From a virus (Duplodnaviria; Heunggongvirae; Uroviricota; Caudoviricetes): a DNA stretch of 16,669 nt. Within the stretch, counting starts at the first letter, position 1. Each line of letters begins with the position of its first letter. The position numbers and the translations under genes are program-made. The notes under the pieces were generated by a model. The model had not been told where the DNA came from. It saw only the letters and a list, made by a program, of their open reading frames with translations, and searched no databases. Below, piece by piece: positions 11,707 through 16,669 of this stretch. Where the stretch lies: IMG/VR virus record IMGVR_UViG_2734482538_000001. The stretch is one strand, 5' to 3'.

Positions 11707-14260
11707 ACCGGTAGGCGATCTGGTCGTTGATTTGAGTCTGGATGCGGCCAGATTTGACGAGCAGATGGCCAGAGTCAGGCGTCATTTTTCCGGTACGGAA
11801 AGTGATGCGAAAAAAACAGCGGCAGTCGTTGAACAGTCGCTGAGCCGACAGGCGCTGGCTGCACAGAAAGCGGGGATTTCCGTCGGGCAGTATAAAGCCG
11901 CCATGCGTATGCTGCCTGCACAGTTCACCGACGTGGCCACGCAGCTTGCAGGGGGGCAGAATCCCTGGCTGATCCTGCTGCAACAGGGTGGTCAGGTTAA
12001 GGACTCCTTCGGCGGGATGATCCCCATGTTCAGGGGGCTTGCCGGCGCGATCACCCTGCCGATGGTGGGGGCCACCTCGCTGGCGGTGGCGACCGGTGCG
12101 CTGGCGTATGCCTGGTATCAGGGCAACTCAACCCTGTCCGATTTCAACAAAACGCTGGTCCTTTCCGGTAATCAGGCGGGACTGACGGCAGATCGTATGC
12201 TGGTCCTGTCCAGAGCCGGGCAGGCGGCAGGGCTGACGTTTAACCAGACCAGCGAGTCACTCAGCGCACTGGTTAAGGCGGGGGTAAGCGGTGAGGCTCA
12301 GATTGCGTCCATCAGCCAGAGTGTGGCGCGTTTCTCCTATGCATCCGGCGTGGAGGTGGACAAGGTCGCTGAAGCCTTCGGGAAGCTGACCACAGACCCG
12401 ACGTCGGGGCTGACGGCGATGGCACGCCAGTTCCATAACGTGACGGCGGAGCAGATTGCGTATGTTGCTCAGTTGCAGCGTTCCGGCGATGAAGCCGGGG
12501 CATTGCAGGCGGCGAACGAGGCCGCAACGAAAGGGTTTGATGACCAGACCCGCCGCCTGAAAGAGAACATGGGCACGCTGGAGACCTGGGCAGACAGGAC
12601 TGCACGTGCATTCAAATCCATGTGGGATGCGGTGCTGGATATTGGTCGTCCTGATACCGCGCAGGAGATGCTGATTAAGGCAGAGGCTGCGTTTAAGAAA
12701 GCAGACGACATCTGGAATCTGCGCAAGGATGATTATTTCGTTAACGATGAAGCACGGGCGCGTTACTGGGATGATCGTGAAAAAAAACGCCTGGAGCGGG
12801 ATGCAGCCCAAAAGAGGGTAGATCAACAGCGTCAACAGGACAAAAATGCGCAGCAGCAGAGCGATACCGAAGCGTCACGGCTGAAATATACCGAAGAGGC
12901 GCAGAAGGCTTACGAACGGCTGCAGACGCCGCTGGAGAAATATACCGCCCGTCAGGAAGAACTGAACAAGGCACTGAAAGACGGAAAAATCCTGCAGGCA
13001 GATTACAACACGCTGATGGCGGCGGCGAAAAAGGATTATGAAGCGACGCTGAAAAAGCCGAAACAGTCCGGCGTGAAGGTGTATGCGGGCGATCGTCAGG
13101 AAGACAGTGCTCATGCGGCCCTGCTGACGCTTCAGGCAGAACTCCGGACGCTGGAGAAGCATGCCGGAGCGAATGAGAAAATCAGCCAGCAGCGCCGGGA
13201 TTTGTGGAAGGCAGAAAGTCAGTTCGCGGTACTGGAGGAGGCGGCACAACGTCGCCAGCTGTCCGCACAGGAGAAATCCCTGCTGGCGCATAAAGACGAG
13301 ACGCTGGAGTACAAACGCCAGCTGGCTGCACTTGGTGACAAGGTTACGTATCAGGAGCACCTGAATGCGCTGGCGCAGCAGGCGGATAAATTCGCACAGC
13401 AGCAACGGGCAAAACGGGCAGCCATTGATGCGAAAAACCGGGGGCTGACTGACCGGCAGGCAGCGCGGGAAGCCACGGAACAGCGCCTGAAGGAACAGTA
13501 TGGCGATAATCCTCTGGCGCTGAATAACGTCATGTCAGAGCAGAAAAAGACCTGGGCGGCTGAAGACCAGCTTCGCGGGAGCTGGATGGCAGGCCTGAAG
13601 TCCGGCTGGAGTGAGTGGGAAGAGAGCGCCACGGACAGTATGTCACAGGTTAAAAGTGCAGCCACGCAGACCTTTGATGGTATTGCACAGAATATGGCGG
13701 CGATGCTGACCGGCAGTGAACAGAACTGGCGCAGCTTCACCCGCTCCGTGCTGTCCATGATGACAGAAATTCTGCTTAAGCAGGCAATGGTGGGGATTGT
13801 CGGGAGTATCGGCAGCGCCATTGGCGGGGCTGTTGGTGGCGGCGCATCCGCGTCAGGTGGTACAGCCATTCAGGCCGCTGCGGTGAAATTCCATTTTGCA
13901 ACCGGGGGATTTACGGGAACCGGCGGCAAATATGAGCCAGCGGGGATTGTTCACCGTGGTGAATTTGTCTTCACGAAGGAGGCAACCAGCCGGATTGGCG
14001 TGGGGAATCTCTACCGGCTGATGCGCGGCTATGCGGAAGGTGGTTATGTGGGCGGTGCCGGAAGTCCGGCGCAGATGCGGCGGGCTGAAGGCATTAATTT
14101 TAATCAGAACAATCACGTGGTGATTCAGAACGACGGTACGAATGGTCTGCCAGGTCCACAGATGATGAAGGCCGTGTATGACATGGCCCGCAAGGGTGCC
14201 CGTGATGAAATTCAGACACAGATGCGTGATGGTGGCCTGTTCTCCGGAGGTGGACGATGA
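11699..14260 (+). CDS. H: Tail tape measure protein gpH
   Basis: 853-aa ORF MAEPVGDLVVDLSLDAARFDEQMARVRRHFSG..., same length as lambda gpH, with a long Q/A/K/E-rich helical middle and a glycine-rich C-terminal part. ATGA overlap with M. Confidence 0.95.
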   Translation: MAEPVGDLVVDLSLDAARFDEQMARVRRHFSGTESDAKKTAAVVEQSLSRQALAAQKAGISVGQYKAAMRMLPAQFTDVATQLAGGQNPWLILLQQGGQVKDSFGGMIPMFRGLAGAITLPMVGATSLAVATGALAYAWYQGNSTLSDFNKTLVLSGNQAGLTADRMLVLSRAGQAAGLTFNQTSESLSALVKAGVSGEAQIASISQSVARFSYASGVEVDKVAEAFGKLTTDPTSGLTAMARQFHNVTAEQIAYVAQLQRSGDEAGALQAANEAATKGFDDQTRRLKENMGTLETWADRTARAFKSMWDAVLDIGRPDTAQEMLIKAEAAFKKADDIWNLRKDDYFVNDEARARYWDDREKKRLERDAAQKRVDQQRQQDKNAQQQSDTEASRLKYTEEAQKAYERLQTPLEKYTARQEELNKALKDGKILQADYNTLMAAAKKDYEATLKKPKQSGVKVYAGDRQEDSAHAALLTLQAELRTLEKHAGANEKISQQRRDLWKAESQFAVLEEAAQRRQLSAQEKSLLAHKDETLEYKRQLAALGDKVTYQEHLNALAQQADKFAQQQRAKRAAIDAKNRGLTDRQAAREATEQRLKEQYGDNPLALNNVMSEQKKTWAAEDQLRGSWMAGLKSGWSEWEESATDSMSQVKSAATQTFDGIAQNMAAMLTGSEQNWRSFTRSVLSMMTEILLKQAMVGIVGSIGSAIGGAVGGGASASGGTAIQAAAVKFHFATGGFTGTGGKYEPAGIVHRGEFVFTKEATSRIGVGNLYRLMRGYAEGGYVGGAGSPAQMRRAEGINFNQNNHVVIQNDGTNGLPGPQMMKAVYDMARKGARDEIQTQMRDGGLFSGGGR

Positions 14261-14586
14261 AAACCTTCCGCTGGAAAGTGAAACCCGGTATGGATGTGGC
14301 TTCGGCCCCTTCTGTAAGAAAGGTGCGCTTTGGTGATGGCTATTCCCAGCGAGCGCCTGCCGGGCTGAATGCCAACCTGAAAACGTACAGCGTGACGCTT
14401 TCTGTCCCCCGTGAGGAGGCCATGGTACTGGAGTCGTTTCTGGAAGAGCACGGGGGCTGGAAAGCCTTTCTGTGGACGCCGCCTTATGAGTGGCGGCAGA
14501 TAAAGGTGACCTGCGCAAAATGGTCGTCGCGGGTCAGTATGCTGCGTGTTGAGTTCAGCGCAGAGTTTGAACAGGTGGTGAACTGA
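14257..14586 (+). CDS. M: Tail tip assembly protein gpM
   Basis: 109-aa ORF MKTFRWKVKPGMDVASAPSVRKVRFGDGYSQRAPAGLNANLKTYSVT..., matches lambda gpM. Confidence 0.93.
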   Translation: MKTFRWKVKPGMDVASAPSVRKVRFGDGYSQRAPAGLNANLKTYSVTLSVPREEAMVLESFLEEHGGWKAFLWTPPYEWRQIKVTCAKWSSRVSMLRVEFSAEFEQVVN

Positions 14587-15284
14587 TGCAGGATATCCGG
14601 CAGGAAACACTGAATGAATGCACCCGTGCGGAGCAGTCGGCCAGCGTGGTGCTCTGGGAAATCGATCTGACAGAGGTCGGTGGAGAACGTTATTTTTTCT
14701 GTAATGAGCAGAACGAAAAAGGTGAGCCGGTCACCTGGCAGGGGCGACAGTATCAGCCGTATCCCATTCAGGGGAGTGGTTTTGAACTGAATGGCAAAGG
14801 CACCAGTACGCGCCCCACGCTGATGGTTTCTAACCTGTACGGTATGGTCACCGGGATGGCGGAAGATCTACAGAGTCTGGTCGGCGGAACGGTGGTCCGG
14901 CGTAAGGTTTACGCCCGTTTTCTGGATGCGGTGAACTTCGTCAACGGAAACAGTGACGCCGATCCGGAGCAGGAGGTGATCAGCCGCTGGCGCATTGAGC
15001 AGTGCAGCGAACTGAGCGCGGTGAGTGCCTCTTTTGTACTGTCCACGCCGACGGAAACAGATGGCGCTGTTTTTCCGGGACGTATCATGCTGGCCAACAC
15101 CTGCACCTGGACCTATCGCGGCGATGAGTGCGGTTATCACGGTCCGGCGGTCGCGGATGAATATGACCAGCCAACGTCCGACATCACGAAGGATAAATGC
15201 AGCAAATGCCTGAGTGGCTGTAAGTTTCGCAATAACGTCGGCAACTTTGGCGGCTTCCTTTCCATTAACAAACTTTCGCAGTAA
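14586..15284 (+). CDS. L: Tail tip assembly protein gpL
   Basis: 232-aa ORF MQDIRQETLNECTRAEQSASVVLWEIDLTEVGGERYFF..., matches lambda gpL, including the C-terminal Cys cluster (CSKCLSGC). Start overlaps the M stop by 1 nt. Confidence 0.93.
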   Translation: MQDIRQETLNECTRAEQSASVVLWEIDLTEVGGERYFFCNEQNEKGEPVTWQGRQYQPYPIQGSGFELNGKGTSTRPTLMVSNLYGMVTGMAEDLQSLVGGTVVRRKVYARFLDAVNFVNGNSDADPEQEVISRWRIEQCSELSAVSASFVLSTPTETDGAVFPGRIMLANTCTWTYRGDECGYHGPAVADEYDQPTSDITKDKCSKCLSGCKFRNNVGNFGGFLSINKLSQ

Positions 15285-15289
15285 ATCCC

Positions 15290-15740
15290 ATGACAGAGAC
15301 AGAATCAGCGATTCTGGCGCACGCCCGGCGATGTGCTCCAGCGGAGTCGTGCGGCTTCGTGGTAAGAACGCCGGAGGGGGAAAGATATTTCCCCTGCGTG
15401 AATATCTCCGGTGAGCCGGAGGCGTATTTCCGTATGTCGCCGGAAGACTGGCTGCAGGCAGAGATGCAGGGTGAGATTGTGGCACTGGTCCACAGCCACC
15501 CCGGTGGTCTGCCCTGGCTGAGTGAGGCCGACCGGCGGCTGCAGGTGCAGAGTGATTTGCCGTGGTGGCTGGTCTGCCGGGGGGCGATTCACAAGTTCCG
15601 CTGTGTGCCACATCTTACCGGGCGGCGCTTTGAGCACGGGGTGACGGACTGTTACACGCTGTTCCGGGATGCTTACCATCTGGCGGGGATTGAGATGCCG
15701 GATTTTCATCGTGAGGATGACTGGTGGCGTCACGGTCAGA
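15290..15740 (+). CDS. K: Tail tip assembly protein gpK (MPN/JAMM plus NlpC/P60 domains), 3' end lost in the N gap
   Basis: MTETESAILAHARRCAPAESCGFVV... matches lambda gpK. JAMM motif H-x-H-x7-S-x2-D is intact (HSHPGGLPWLSEAD, 15491-15532); the putative NlpC/P60 Cys (GVTDCYTLF) is present, the rest is in the gap. The start may instead be the later Met (MSPEDW, 15434) used in older lambda annotation. Confidence 0.85.
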
Positions 15741-16064
15741 NNNNNNNNNNNNNNNNNNNNNNNNNNNNNNNNNNNNNNNNNNNNNNNNNNNNNNNNNNNN
15801 NNNNNNNNNNNNNNNNNNNNNNNNNNNNNNNNNNNNNNNNNNNNNNNNNNNNNNNNNNNNNNNNNNNNNNNNNNNNNNNNNNNNNNNNNNNNNNNNNNNN
15901 NNNNNNNNNNNNNNNNNNNNNNNNNNNNNNNNNNNNNNNNNNNNNNNNNNNNNNNNNNNNNNNNNNNNNNNNNNNNNNNNNNNNNNNNNNNNNNNNNNNN
16001 NNNNNNNNNNNNNNNNNNNNNNNNNNNNNNNNNNNNNNNNNNNNNNNNNNNNNNNNNNNNNNNN
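15741..16064. other. Assembly or masking gap (324 N) covering the K 3' end, the K/I overlap and the I 5' end
   Basis: Continuous run of n. The track ORFs crossing it (15290-16096, 15724-16545) are read-through artefacts. Confidence 0.99.
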
Positions 16065-16065
16065 T

Positions 16066-16545
16066 GCCGGGCAGGATGTTAGCACGTCCGGATTAACGGC
16101 ACAGTTACATGAGGCTCTGCCTGACGGCGCTGTGATTCATATTGTTCCCAGAGTCGCCGGGGCCAAGTCAGGTGGTGTATTCCAGATTGTCCTGGGAGCA
16201 GCCGCCATTGCCGGATCATTCTTTACCGCCGGAGCCACCCTTGCAGCATGGGGGGCTGCCATTGGTGCCGGTGGTATGACCGGCATTCTGTTTTCTCTCG
16301 GTGCCAGTATGGTGCTCGGCGGTGTGGCTCAGATGCTGGCACCGAAAGCCAGAACTCCCCGCACACAGACAACGGATAACGGTAAGCAGAACACCTATTT
16401 CTCCTCACTGGATAACATGGTTGCCCAGGGCAATGTTATGCCTGTTCTGTATGGTGAAATGCGCGTGGGGTCACGTGTGGTATCTCAGGAGATCAGCACG
16501 GCAGACGAAGGGGACGGTGGTCAGGTTGTGGTGATTGGTCGCTGA
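16066..16545 (+). CDS. I: Tail tip assembly protein gpI, 5' end lost in the N gap
   Basis: In-frame sequence after the gap, AGQDVSTSGLTAQLHEALPDGAVIHIVPRVAGAKSGGVFQIVLGAAAIAGSFF...VVVIGR, matches the C-terminal ~160 aa of lambda gpI (223 aa). Stop at 16543-16545. Confidence 0.88.
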   Translation, partial: AGQDVSTSGLTAQLHEALPDGAVIHIVPRVAGAKSGGVFQIVLGAAAIAGSFFTAGATLAAWGAAIGAGGMTGILFSLGASMVLGGVAQMLAPKARTPRTQTTDNGKQNTYFSSLDNMVAQGNVMPVLYGEMRVGSRVVSQEISTADEGDGGQVVVIGR

Positions 16546-16605
16546 TGCAAAATGTTTTATGTGAAATCGCCTCCGGGCGGTTTTATCGTTTATGGAGCAT
16601 GACGA

Positions 16606-16669
16606 ATGGGTAAAGGCAGCAGTAAGGGGCATACCCCGCGCGAAGCGAAGGACAACCTGAAGTCCACGC
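16606..16669 (+). CDS. J: Tail tip / host-specificity protein gpJ, first 21 codons only; continues past the window end
   Basis: ATG at 16606 followed by MGKGSSKGHTPREAKDNLKST, the lambda gpJ N-terminus. The I-stop to J-start spacing of 61 nt equals lambda. Confidence 0.85.
   Translation, partial: MGKGSSKGHTPREAKDNLKST

Noticed and set aside
12257-14518. Several minus-strand ORFs of 170-220 aa inside H and M (12257-12835, 12875-13405, 13351-13869, 13853-14518)
   Set aside because: All are antisense to the tape measure gene; low-complexity Cys/Arg/Leu/Pro-rich translations. The H reading frame fully explains this DNA.
14868-15733. 247-aa and 142-aa minus-strand ORFs across L and K
   Set aside because: Antisense to conserved gpL and gpK; Pro/Ala/Arg-rich with no recognisable domain.
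15290-16545. Track ORFs reading through the N gap as single proteins (15290-16096, 15724-16545, 15615-16085 minus)
   Set aside because: They run through 324 undetermined bases shown as X. The real content is the 5' part of K and the 3' part of I; frames across the gap are meaningless.

Overview
This window is almost entirely the late morphogenesis (packaging, head, tail) operon of a lambda-like phage or prophage, read left to right on the + strand: cos, Nu1, A, W, B, C/Nu3, D, E, FI, FII, Z, U, V, G/G-T, H, M, L, K, [324-nt N gap], I, and the first 21 codons of J. Proteins match my recollection of lambda nearly residue for residue, and gene spacing from Nu1 through L is identical to lambda (constant offset of 1157 nt), so no cargo is inserted in the structural module. 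The only accessory DNA is the AT-rich stretch left of cos (258-959), which carries two small minus-strand genes that I recognise as the YbcV/YdfO (DUF1398) and YlcI/YnfO (DUF3950) prophage families. I find no CRISPR array, tRNA, rRNA or IS element, and no convincing candidate for a new multi-gene system. The points most worth a second look are a divergent cosN core inside otherwise lambda-like flanks, the uncharacterised two-gene AT-rich island, and the gap that hides the K/I junction. All homology statements come from memory of lambda and E. coli K-12 prophage proteins, not from a database search.
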